Positions 21,839 to 31,950 of a DNA stretch of 31,950 nucleotides are shown one piece after another. Both the position numbers and the translations under genes were made by a program. Below the pieces are notes generated by a model. It saw only the letters and a list, made by a program, of their open reading frames with translations. It had not been told where the DNA came from and did no database searches. The stretch is from Catajapyx aquilonaris. Taxonomy: Eukaryota. The stretch is taken from contig KZ538241.1 of NCBI GenBank assembly GCA_000934665.2, positions 62,001-93,950 of the forward strand. The letters are read 5' to 3'. The stretch's first letter is position 1. Every line of letters starts with the position of its first letter.

Positions 21839-23647
21839 GGGGGGGGGGAGAGAGAGAGAAACAAAAGAATGGCGCCCCAGACCCCATTTTTGACATTGTC
21901 ATTTGAAAACCAAAACAATTATGGATATGAACTTGACACAAAAGACCGAAAGATTGACACGCCCTCCTCAGGGATGGAATATATTATATTATTTCATGTG
22001 CTGTGGACGAAAACCTTTCTCTGAGTCCTGGGAACATTTGCCTGGCTTGCTTCTAACATCATTACTTTTAGGTTTTTTTCTGCGTAACCCTACAGATACT
22101 GTGGAAGAAGGCACAGACCCGTCGTTGGGTTGTCCACGGCACTCGCTCTTTGTAAACAGTGGCAACAATGGGGGGGGTTTGGTCACAACCCTTCCTCGCG
22201 ACCCCAAATACTGCAAAATAGAAAAGAACCCATAGAACAGTGCAATTTTGCACTCAGGTTGTAGAGGGTTTTTACGAGTCCCCCCCCCCAAATAATATTG
22301 CTGAATGCCAAACTGGACTGACATTATTTTGAGTATGTTGCTAAAGTCAGCGCTGTTAGCACAGCTGAGCTCTCCTATTGGTTACTTTGTTATTTTATTG
22401 TTATTTGTTTATTTTGCTGCAGCAGCAGCAGCTGAATTTAGCAAAGTACTCATTGGCAAACGAAGTTCCTAAATTTCCCATTACACCTAATACCCAATTT
22501 TCATTGCCATGGAAGCCAGGCTACATACATACAGGTGTATTAAATTACTATTGGCAGAGGTGATGACATTGCTGAAAACTTTAGAAAATTGAGTATAGGC
22601 TTGTGGCTCTTGGTTGGGTTAAGCACAAATTACGGAAGGGAAAGATACGTTCTAGGTAATCTCCATCACTGGTCAGAGTCTAGTGGATGTTACGATAGCA
22701 ATTGCTGGCAAGAATTACCAGACAATTGCTAACATCCAATAAACCATTGGCATATAGAGGCAGTGGTGCAACCTATCAGATAGTTATTGGGCCTATAATC
22801 CATCACAGGAGATGCCACAGGGTACAGAAATTGAGAACACTTCAGTTAGGAAGGTTGTCAGTGAGACTAGAGCCAAAATTTCTTAATGGTAACCTATGGT
22901 ACTATATAATCCATGCATGGCAGGAAAATACAAACCAATTACATGGGTCATTAATGAATAGTAATTTTATTTCAAACTGTGAAAGATAATACAATTACTG
23001 CAAAAACTCTTTCTTAAATCCTTACACTTTGACACGTCATCCTTTTGGGTCACACTGTTTGTGTTCCCATAACTAGTAACCTTTGGTTTTTCAACAAGGG
23101 CAGGTTCTGGATTAGTACAAGAATAAACATCTATTACAAACAATAATTACTTCAGTAATGAAAATATAGATTAGCCACTTGGAATAACTAGCAACACTCA
23201 AACACAATGCTACAGAGTAATTATCAATTTTCAGTCTTCAATCGAACTTGTTACCTGTTACTCCACTCACTTTATACACAAGAACACCTTTCCTGCAGGT
23301 TCAGAACAAAGCTTATGGAATTTTGACATTTAGTCCCTACAGCAGGTGAGGTTTTCTGGCATAGAATAAGTGTTCATTGCCCCCATTCTTCACTGGTTAT
23401 TATTGGAAATACTCGAAGCACAAAGGAATTAATAAATGCTGGCGTTTAACAATGTTTAGTAACACTATCAGTTAAATTGGGTGTTACCCACATAACTATT
23501 GGTCACTCCTAGTTTAAGTGCTGTAACAGACTTCAGAATATAAGAAAAATGCCTCCACTTTAAATGACAACAAATTAATAAAGCTAGCAGTACCTTTTGA
23601 TTAATCATATGGCTTACTGCATGCTGATACACCAAGTGAAGAACAAG

Positions 23648-26600
23648 TTACTTTTCCACTTCAAAAGTGACTCCCAGTTCATTCAGACGGCTGATCAGAG
23701 TGGTCTTGGAGAAAGCACCAGCCGGTGGCAAAACTCCACCACTGAAATAATTCCATACATTATTGGATCCAATAGAAATAACAGCAGGCGTACTTACCTT
23801 CCAGGCATCTTGTCAGATTCTTTCAAAATGGTAAATGCTGACTGAACCAGGCAAATATTTGTTGCCCCATATCCAGGGTTTGTCCCTTTCACCTGGAAGG
23901 TAAACCCAAGATATAGCATCATGTAGGTAAAAATGCAATGAATAAAAAATACAAGTAGGCTATATCCTATTTTTGACTTGTGGCTTCTACATTGCTGATT
24001 ACGCCCATTTTAGGAATAAATCAGGATGCACAGATTGATATGGAATCAACAAAATTAATTAAGAACAAAATATCACTGTACTGGTTAGGCAGACAGGCAC
24101 ATGCAAAATTTAGGAACGTCTAGTTTTTGGTTATTTTAAATTAAATATTCCCATTTAACATTGTCAATGTGTGGGTAACCATGAAAGGGCAGCTAATAAT
24201 TACATGTAACAAGTGTACCTACCTTGACAATAAGGGTCTTGTTTGGTGGCTCCTTATGCTGGTCCGTAGGCTCAGCCAGCTTCTCGCCCCAGCCACTACC
24301 AATCATCGTCATTATAAACTTAGCCTTCTTGTTCTGTTCCCTGTCCAATGTGTCGCTCTGCCCCACATTTCCCAAAGAAAAGATCCCAGGGTACCTGACC
24401 AGTAGAGCCCTACCAATCTTCAACTGGGCAATGAGACCAATGATGCTAAAGCCAAACACCAACAATACTGCCTGGATGAAGGAGGCCATCTTCATGTATG
24501 GGGTCATATCCACAGGGCGCTGCTTGTACTGATCATGTAAGAAGTACTGTGACCTGTTGACCACAGAGCGATCAGACCCAAGAAATGGGATGCACCACCC
24601 CTTGATCTCATCACTGTAGTGGATCACAGACTTCTTTGGCTGCTTATATGCTGGGCGAGGACGCGGCTCCGGAAAAAGCTGCTTTCGAACTGGCTTTAGC
24701 TTGGAAGCATTGGCAATGCCATAGATAAGGGACTTCCAGGTCCCATCATTGATCACAGGAGCAGATGACTTGCCGGAAGAGTCCCACTCAAGAAAGCTGG
24801 TCACAGAGTTGAGGTCACCTTCAAATTTCTGTGTTAAAAACACCACCCCCAGGTCAGCAGGGATGCTGTCAAATCCACAGGCTCCCACTACATACACATT
24901 TTTTTCCTCGGCCAGCTTGTTGTATTTCAGTTGCATCTCCTCAAGATACTACGGGCAGAAGTCAGAGCTAGTATGATGTGAGCTTTATGAAAAAAAGCTG
25001 TGCCATGCACAAATAAACCACTTCTTGCAAGCAACACTGGTAATTCAAAGTGACATACCAGTGGCTCTCCACTGATGTCCACATGGTGAGTTCCATTCTC
25101 AATGCAAGCCTTAACAACAGGCTCCCCAAAGAATCGGTATGGGCCAACTGTGTTGATGACTACACGTGCTTGTTTGGCCATGCTAACCAGAGATTCCTCA
25201 CTGCCGACATCAGCAATGATGACAGGAACAGTTGTCAGATCCAGATCTAAATAAAGGAGAGGCAGTGGTGCAATGATTAAATTATTGCACAGAATAACAT
25301 TCATTTGCCAGAAACCAATGAAGTGCAATGTAAATGCAAACAATTTGAGGTACAATACAAGCTGCCTAAGATGTTAACTGTTTATTAACAGGCAGTCCCA
25401 GATGCTTTAGAATTGTATAATGCACTAAAAGTAAACCCTGCTCCTCAAAAAATCATGTTCAAGAACCATGTCTTGAAACAAGTCAGCATAGAACCAGTTT
25501 CATGTCATGTCCATATCTCATATCAACTTGAAACATGTTAGATTCCCTCTAATTGGCTACTTTCTTACATCTGTAAAGCAGGATTCACTCTGTTTCTTTG
25601 CCTTCCCGTAAATTCCTGTAAAAAAATTTCAGCCATTAGCTCTTGAGCATACCCGTCCCAATTGATAAAATAAATCCTTCATTGGATGTCCACATCTTCC
25701 AATTATTGCTTCCCCCCATACTGTTAGTGACATTCTGATTGGCCCCCATTTATGTGACTGCACAATGGCACGAGGCAGTGCCAACAGGTCTATTAACAAA
25801 CTCCTACAGTCGTCCTGTTGGCAGTGTGACTGGTGGGTGGAAGGAGTATTCATTTGCTTGATGTCGGGCCCAAGAGAAACATCAAGCACCTTCTCCCCAC
25901 AGACCCCTGACACATCTACCCTTCCCCTTTAAACCAAACTGCAGAGTGATTTGGTCTGTCTATTTATGGCCTTACCACATGCACCCCAGGTATTGGTATT
26001 GGCACATATGAGCCACAAATTGGCCTGCAGTGTAGTCACCAGATGAGGTGTGCATTACCACAGCCACCACTGTAGTTTAAATAGTGCACATTGCACTGAA
26101 CAATACAACAGAAAATTTCCCCCAATTATATCAGTTTCTGAAATAAATTTTAAAAAATGCACGACAATGCATGTACACTTTTCAGTGGGGCTTAACGTCA
26201 GCCTATTTCTGCCGCAAGGCTCAACATCGACGCCAGGGGGTGGTCCTCCTCCTGGAAATTTGGCAACTCTGGGGATCTTTAATGTGCACTCGCGCAATGT
26301 CACAAGCGCACACAGGACTGCATATACACTGTGTTCCAAGTATTTGGGTCATTTTATGATGTTGTTATTTTTGTAGTTTTTGCTTCCTGACCAAGGTGCC
26401 CCATGATATAGTAGCTCCCACATTCTATCACACCTGGGAATTGGGCACCTCAGTCGGGGAGCAAAAAGTTACACAAAAATAAAAACTTCAGACAAAATTT
26501 GCAATAACTAAAAGGACCCATATTCTTGGAACACACTGTACATTGATTACTCCAAGTGAGCAATCAGACCAAACATCACCATCCATGAAAATGCGCCTCT

Positions 26601-27426
26601 ATTTTCCAGGGAATAAGGTCACATGCTATTTGGGGTGGAATTTTTGTCCCACTGCTAGTTACTGCTAACTTAGCAGTACCATTGCCAACACTGGTACTGC
26701 TAAGTTAGCGCTAACTAGGAGTGGGACGAAAATTCCACCCTTCGGTTTTTAAGCAACATTTTAAGCAATCATTTCAAATCCAATTAAACCCCACTAGATA
26801 TGCCCTTTGAAAGGCAGACCAACCACAAACACGCACTGCCAGTCTGCAAAAGGATGGTCAGTATCTGCAGTATACTTAATTAATGACATTCAAAAGAAGC
26901 ATATCACAATATTCCCAATCATCATAAAAGCAGCAGAATCCATGACTCATCATTTTTTGCTACATCCATACACCTCATCAAACTGTATATCAAGACCTAG
27001 ATCTGATTAATGGCAACAGGTTTTACTCCCTGTGTTACAATGCACCTGATAATTGTACTTATGCTACAACCCATGATATCCGGAGTGTCATTGTAGTGAC
27101 ACTTGGACCCTGACCTTCTTGATATCAGTCCAAGCACTGCACTAGTGTAATCTCCTGCCAGAGATAAGACTCTCATTATTACCCTTTGGTCTAGCACAGT
27201 GTCTCCAGACAATTTTACTATGCTTACCCGTTGCATCCGAGGCATCCTTTAGGACCTTCTCCAGCTTGCTTCTGGATCGACCTGCAACAGCCCAAGTGAG
27301 CCCATGCTTGACAGATGTGCGGGCCACTTCTTCAACAGTAAAGGAACCAGTGTAACCTGTGGCCCCAAAAATTACCAGGTCATATCTGGTCTCTTGATCT
27401 GAGACATCTTCCACCTTAGTTGCCAT
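23648..27426 (-). CDS. SCCPDH: Saccharopine dehydrogenase-like oxidoreductase (433 aa)
   Basis: Exons 27426-27228, 25246-25059, 24948-24223, 23892-23798, 23741-23648; GT-AG introns, 1302 nt in frame. Motifs: YDLVIFGATGYTG (Rossmann), WAVAGRS, VINTVGPYRFFGEPVVKAC, DISGEP, ACGFDSIPADLG, PFLGSDRSVV, PGYGAT, GGVLPPAGAF. A 5'UTR acceptor lies at 27450-27451. Confidence 0.96.
26327..26538. mobile_element. Tc1/mariner-type MITE (212 bp) in an SCCPDH intron
   Basis: ta-CACTGTGTTCCAAGTATTTGGGTC ... GACCCATATTCTTGGAACACACTG-ta; 24-bp TIR with 3 mismatches and TA on both sides. Confidence 0.85.
26633..26740. mobile_element. Palindromic MITE-like element, copy 2
   Basis: GGGTGGAATTTTTGTCCCACTGCTAGTTACTGCTAACTTAGCAGTACC ... 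GGTACTGCTAAGTTAGCGCTAACTAGGAGTGGGACGAAAATTCCACCC. The loop is the reverse complement of the loop in copy 1 (8767-8871). Confidence 0.87.
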
Positions 27427-28842
27427 TTCTTACTGCAGTGTTGTTAAGTCTGCAAGAGAACAATGATTTGCTGAAAAACCTTGTGTTAATTTATAATGTG
27501 TCACTATCACTGTGATTCCACACTTTCAGATTTGCATCTTTGGGGATGTCTTCACACGATCACTTAATACTTCCGTGCAGAATAAATATTACCTTTCAAG
27601 GCTACCCGGAATAATGATAACTATTTGTTTGTAAGAATTACTCCTCATAAAAAACCGGAATGACCTTCAAAATTCTACGTCATCATGATTTCGCATGGCT
27701 TGATATGCCCCATAAAGCAACTAAGTGGCACGTAACAATGCAGTATTAGTGGCATGTTTGGCCAAATAATAAAATATGAGTAGAAAGCACATCATACAGC
27801 CACTTAACCAATCCTGCAATGAATTGCGGCATGGCTGTTCAAAATCTTCCAATGTCCAATTAGTATTCAAGCAGAAGAGATTAAGAATGTTGGAAGAGTT
27901 GTAGTAGGATATAATGTAGATTATAGCTCAAACAAATTAAATATTAATCTTGCCCACAGGTCCAGTTTAGTAAGGAAAGGGTCACTTAAGACAAGTTGAC
28001 AGGATCCATTAGTGATGCCGACACTTTATTAGATTATAATCAGAAAAGCTTTCACTTAATTTCACGAATAATGTGGAACAACAATACTTGATAACTGCAT
28101 TAGTAAGGTAAAGGCTGCTCTAGTTGAGTGCATTTTGTTCTAGGCCATCTAGGGTAATCACTTCCTCATCAATGTAATAAAAAGGCTTTCTAATAACATT
28201 TACTCTCGCATTTTATGAGAACAATTACCAATTTGCCACACTGAATCTTGCCACACCAAAATAATCACGGAAACATTTTCTTAAAATTACACAATATTCC
28301 AGATTGATTGCATGTATCATTGCTCATCCTCCTGTGCATGTGAACTCCAGTGCTACTATGACTGTCTGCCTTTGATTTTACAGGTGAGCTGGCTCCACGT
28401 CCTTTGAACCTGTGCTCATAAAGTACTTGCGGCATTTCTCATAATGTGCAGGCACCAGACAGGCCTGTGTAAATTCCAGTCTAGGCACCATCCCCTCTCC
28501 CCCTACGGCACGCACCACATATCAAGCATGTCAACCGTCCTGGTTCAATCCCAAATAATAATTAACAGTCTACCTCCTTCCAAAAAAAGGATCCCTCCAA
28601 CTTCCTACCCTCTTCTCACCCAAAATACTCTCCCAAAAATGGGCCCCCACTGTGCTTCCCTTGGGGGGGTTCGGAAAAAGTACGCATTTCCATATTTATC
28701 CCTTCCCTCCCTCCCCACATACGTGTAAGTTTCCTCCTTGCCTGGCACGTATCCTATTCACTTGACTCTGACTCACCGTCTCCCAGCAACTACACTTGCC
28801 ATTTATGGAAGTGTTTTTTGGGGGGTGGAGGGTGTCCCCCGT

Positions 28843-28868
28843 ACACACACACACACACACACACACAT
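28843..28868. repeat. (AC)n microsatellite
   Basis: About 13 AC units read directly. Confidence 0.95.
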
Positions 28869-28901
28869 GCAGCCTTGATATATGAGCAGAGGGTGGCTTA
28901 C

Positions 28902-29230
28902 CAGTATCCACGATGTGCAGTCGAGCTGTCAGATGCACGTCCAGGGCGTGTGCAGGGCGTACCGGATCTGGCGGCGCAGGAGAGGAGAGAGGCCGACGGA
29001 CGGACAGACAGACCTCGGGGAGTTCAGGGCTGTCTCGACTACTTCGGCAGCAGACGGCGGGGTCGGAGAGGCACACTGATTGGTCGGGAGGGGCAGGGCG
29101 TACGGCCAATCGGGAGGAGGGTGGCATGCCTGGCTGCAGGTGGCAGCACTGGTGGCCAGGGAGATACGGTTTTATTACACCGGGAGAGAGACCGGACGTG
29201 TCACCAGGGTGACTCACTGGTACGAGTGCC
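28902..29230 (-). promoter_or_regulatory. CpG-rich promoter and probable non-coding first exon of SCCPDH
   Basis: GC/CpG-rich island with two opposed CCAAT boxes (ATTGG 29079-29083, CCAAT 29106-29110). A strong minus-strand donor CTG|GTAAGC at about 28896-28904 could join the acceptor at 27450. Confidence 0.55.
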
Positions 29231-29629
29231 ATCCATTATTGGACACCTGCCATGGGTGACTCTCTCTCTCTCTCTCAAGGATAGGCACTGCAGGTTAACA
29301 TTTAAAATGACTCAAATGACATGGTCGGTTTATTTCATCCACATTTGTACAAAATAAATGATGGGTTACAAATGGAATGAGAAATTCCTGCACCTAATGA
29401 ACTTAAATAACATGTAGTTGCTACATTGGAATGTGTCATTGGAAAGAGGGAAATGAAAATCAGCACTGGAGCACGCTACATACGTTACTGGTGAATACAA
29501 GGAGGTAACCACTCCCCCAAAAAGTGTACACCAGTTCCCGGTCGGTTCCAAGCCGGTTCTAGAGGGACCCTGCATACCAGTTCCACGAAGTAGTTACCCC
29601 CTCGGGTAAATGTGCGAACATGTTGATTT

Positions 29630-29912
29630 ATTATTATTATTTATTTACCCAGTGATAGGGTGGAGCCCTTTTAGGGGGGAAGGGGAGGTTCCCGAGGGAG
29701 GGCGCTGTAATTATAGTCATTTCTGACTCTGAAATACACCAGAGCTTTTCTCCTGGCCCTGGGCAGAGTAGGGAGTGCAATTCTGCCCCGGCATGTCGGG
29801 TGAAAAGCAGAAAAAGACCCGGCCAAGCAGAGGTGATGGGGACGGGATTTGAACCCTGGCCTCCCACTTGGCTGGCCAGTGGCGTAACCACCAGACCACC
29901 ATGCCTCCCACT
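29630..29912 (-). mobile_element. Full-length tRNA-derived SINE (~283 bp) with 14-bp target-site duplication
   Basis: A box TGGTCTGGTGG (29888-29898), B box GGTTCAAATCC (29845-29855), (AAT)n tail, and identical flanking GAACATGTTGATTT at 29616-29629 and 29913-29926. Confidence 0.92.
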
Positions 29913-30082
29913 GAACATGTTGATTTTCACTTACCCTTACATTGTTACCTTCACAACACACGTCCAAATGCAGCACCTATAAGTTACTTAAAAACGTGAT
30001 CTCATTTACACAGGCATTACCAATAATAATGAAAATAAATTCCTGAAACTCATGATGGGAAACAGATTTTCAAGTTGAGTTG

Positions 30083-30443
30083 TCAATGCTCTCTTTTCTT
30101 CTTCTTTGAAATTCCCTCACTTTCCACCTCCATCCTATCCCACAGTGGATCTTTTGTTGCCTTCGTCAACCCATATCTGTCTCTCCACTCATCCTCTGTT
30201 TCTGACCTCATAACAAAACAATTCAGTCGGGAGTGGAGGTAAACTTCATTGATCAAAGCCCTAGTTTTAGCATTATGCAGGCGTAAGTATCGGTCAAGAC
30301 CCACACTTGCCAACACATTTTGCTTTTCATGAAAAAACACATATCTGACGCCTCCTGAGCTGCCTTTGTAAGAGTGCAACACTTGCTTCATGCGGAGGTC
30401 TATCATGTGGATGGTTCCAAGGCCGCTGCCGACTATCACCTGA
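30083..30443 (-). CDS. WDR74: WD repeat-containing protein 74 (Nsa1 homologue), last coding exon; upstream exons are outside the window
   Basis: VIVGSGLGTIHMIDLR...YKGSSGGVR...LASVGLDRYLRLH...EVYLHSRLNC...DPLWDRME...KKKKR matches the WDR74 C-terminal WD repeats and basic tail. Acceptor AG at 30444-30445 or 30440-30441. Confidence 0.88.
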
Positions 30444-30557
30444 CTTTGGAACACATTGATTAGATCAATTAACCTGAATTGAGACACGTATAAAAATGCA
30501 AGAGTGCTTCAATCTCATGTTTCCCTTCTAGATTTCATTTGGCCAAGGATGTAGTCT

Positions 30558-31100
30558 GGTCATTCCACGTCAAATCATACAGAGAAAAAACAGAAAACAA
30601 CCCAACCATCTCAGATTTTGATGAAAATTGGCACATTTGTTGAACATGTTAAAAAAAGACACATCCTCACAATTTCAGATCAATATCTTGGTTAGATCAA
30701 AAGTTATGAATTTTTCAAAATATTGGTCATAAATGGGAAAAGAGCCTTGCTAAATTGTTGGGAAAGGTGCACTGTCTTGTGATTTATTTTACTATGCATT
30801 CATTACTTGTACAGTTGTACTATAAACCTACAAAGTGCTACTCTTTCTTTAGAATCTGCTGATTTCAAAACTTCCGTCAGATTTAGATAATCCCTTCATG
30901 ATCAGTGAGTATTTGCAATAGGAAAATAAATTGCATGTCCAAAAATGCAATAACCTTCAAACTTTGAAAGCTAATTGTTCAAGCTGCGGAGTTTGTACAG
31001 TAGCAAAAATAGTACTGTTGGAAAGCTAATTTTCAGAACTCTCCAAATCAGTAATAAAATGTATGTGTATTTGACTTTGAACAGCTAAAAACAGGTTTTT
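30558..31100. mobile_element. Probable degraded non-autonomous DNA transposon fragment in a WDR74 intron
   Basis: Starts GGTCATTCCACGTCAAATC and contains GATTTTGATGAAAATTGGCACA- and GAATCTGCTGATTTCAAAA-type motifs that I associate with invertebrate non-autonomous elements. No matching second TIR found. Confidence 0.35.
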
Positions 31101-31106
31101 ACATTA

Positions 31107-31166
31107 AAACCCAGAAAATCAACGTACTTTCTCCAGTGGGAGAAAGTACATTGAATTTCTGGGTTT
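31107..31166. repeat. 60-bp imperfect palindrome
   Basis: AAACCCAGAAAATCAACGTACTTTCTCC-agtg-GGAGAAAGTACATTGAATTTCTGGGTTT (26/28 paired). Confidence 0.9.
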
Positions 31167-31415
31167 GACAGTGCTGTAAAGTCCCCACTACTAATGAACA
31201 AAGTATGTGGCCTTGTGCTCACTCTTCTGCTGCTGCTGTACATAGTTGCTAGTGCTATTTATAATATTGCTAATACAATTTACAAAGTTGCCAGAGTAAA
31301 AAAATTAGAATTAGAATTTTCATTAATTTTTATGCCATTGCCATTATTCCACATACAGTCGACTCCGAATATAAGAGACTTCAATGGCCAGCGAAAATCA
31401 TTATTCTATAAGCAA

Positions 31416-31662
31416 GGTTTCCTATATCCAAATGCACAGGCCATACAGGGTGGTCCCAGTAAGTCTGGCAAAAATCATGGGTATCAATAGGGATAGGGGT
31501 TCATCAGGTTTTGCACTTGACACTCGCAATAATTTCGAATGTCAAGTTCAAAACCTGATGAACGCCTATCCCTATTGATGGGGCCTCCACCCACCCTGAG
31601 ATTTTTGCCAGACTTACTGGGACCACCCTGTATATGGTCGGTGCATTTGGATATAGGAAACC
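31416..31662. mobile_element. Small palindromic element interrupted at its central TA by a mariner-type MITE
   Basis: Perfect 22-bp outer arms GGTTTCCTATATCCAAATGCAC / GTGCATTTGGATATAGGAAACC. Confidence 0.8.
31446..31630. mobile_element. Tc1/mariner-type MITE (185 bp), almost fully palindromic
   Basis: ta-CAGGGTGGTCCCAGTAAGTCTGGCAAAAATC ... GATTTTTGCCAGACTTACTGGGACCACCCTG-ta; 31-bp perfect TIR with TA duplication. The interior is also self-complementary. Confidence 0.93.
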
Positions 31663-31734
31663 GTATATAAACTGATATAAAATGAGATTCAAATTACTCT
31701 AAATATTTAACAAATTCTTGAAACATGGATAATA

Positions 31735-31857
31735 TATAACAAATATTATTTTCGTTGCAATTTTTACCTCTTATAGTTGACTACTAACAGCCGAGGCTGT
31801 TATGTCCGGAGTCAACTGTAAGAGTTAAAAATTACAACGAAAATAATATTTGTTATA
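31735..31857. repeat. 123-bp imperfect palindrome (MITE-like)
   Basis: Perfect 23-bp outer arms TATAACAAATATTATTTTCGTTG / CAACGAAAATAATATTTGTTATA; pairing continues inward to TAACAGCC-ga-GGCTGTTA. Confidence 0.9.
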
Positions 31858-31950
31858 CAGGGTGATCAAACTTTTTTGTCGTTTTAGTTATTGACAAATT
31901 CGGCCTAAGCTGCTTATATTGTAGCCCGTTACCTGGCAACCCCGTCCGGC
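31858..31950. mobile_element. Possible left end of another Tc1/mariner-type element
   Basis: ta-CAGGGTGATCAAAC has the same terminus type as the 31446 MITE. The other end is not in the window. Confidence 0.4.

Noticed and set aside
21840..22330. Possible hAT-like non-autonomous element and ORFs next to the gap
   Set aside because: G-runs and GGGGTCTGGGGCGCC are suggestive, but no TIR pair or TSD could be defined and the gap interrupts it; the ORFs have non-ATG starts and no recognisable homology.
23237..23292. Phase-compatible alternative last exon for SCCPDH (RKGVLVYKVSGVTGNKFD*)
   Set aside because: Supported only by a CTGCAG acceptor and a GVL tripeptide; the canonical last exon at 23648-23741 is intact. 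It would need junction reads.
28696..29357. Overlapping 178/179-aa ORFs on both strands
   Set aside because: Stop-poor GC-rich promoter region containing microsatellites (CVCVCV, THTHTH, LSLSL); no coding signature.
29845..29912. Functional tRNA-Gly gene
   Set aside because: The acceptor and anticodon stems pair poorly, and the sequence is the head of a TSD-flanked SINE.
1..31950. CRISPR arrays, prokaryotic operons, autonomous transposase/RT ORFs, U12 introns, hammerhead ribozymes
   Set aside because: No regularly spaced direct repeats and no transposase or RT motifs in the ORF track. All traced introns are GT-AG without the GTATCC signature. The CTGATGA hits I inspected lack the surrounding hammerhead stems.

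Overview
Eukaryotic (invertebrate animal, probably arthropod) genomic DNA with GT-AG introns that are mostly short. The right half holds four conserved genes whose exons I traced by hand: BROX (+, 8 coding exons, 420 aa, C-terminal CAAX 'CSIS'), a PARN-family DEDDh deadenylase (+, 11 exons, 510 aa), SCCPDH (-, 5 coding exons, 433 aa) and the last exon of WDR74/Nsa1 (-). The left 14 kb holds four intronless ORFs for predicted secreted or membrane proteins that I cannot assign to any family. Two of them are convergent and share a 'hydrophobic helix + polybasic RxRR' motif and a later P-x-[YF]IV-x-GR-like motif. Non-coding DNA is rich in small palindromic elements: Tc1/mariner-type MITEs with TA duplications, a two-copy nested-palindrome family, a foldback pair after PARN, and two abutting near-perfect palindromes. 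There is also a complete tRNA-Gly-like SINE with a 14-bp target-site duplication just downstream of WDR74. The best leads are the PARN with an intact active site but no apparent cap-binding tryptophans or C-terminal tail, the orphan gene cluster, and the SINE. Homology calls rest on recalled reference sequences; no searches were run.
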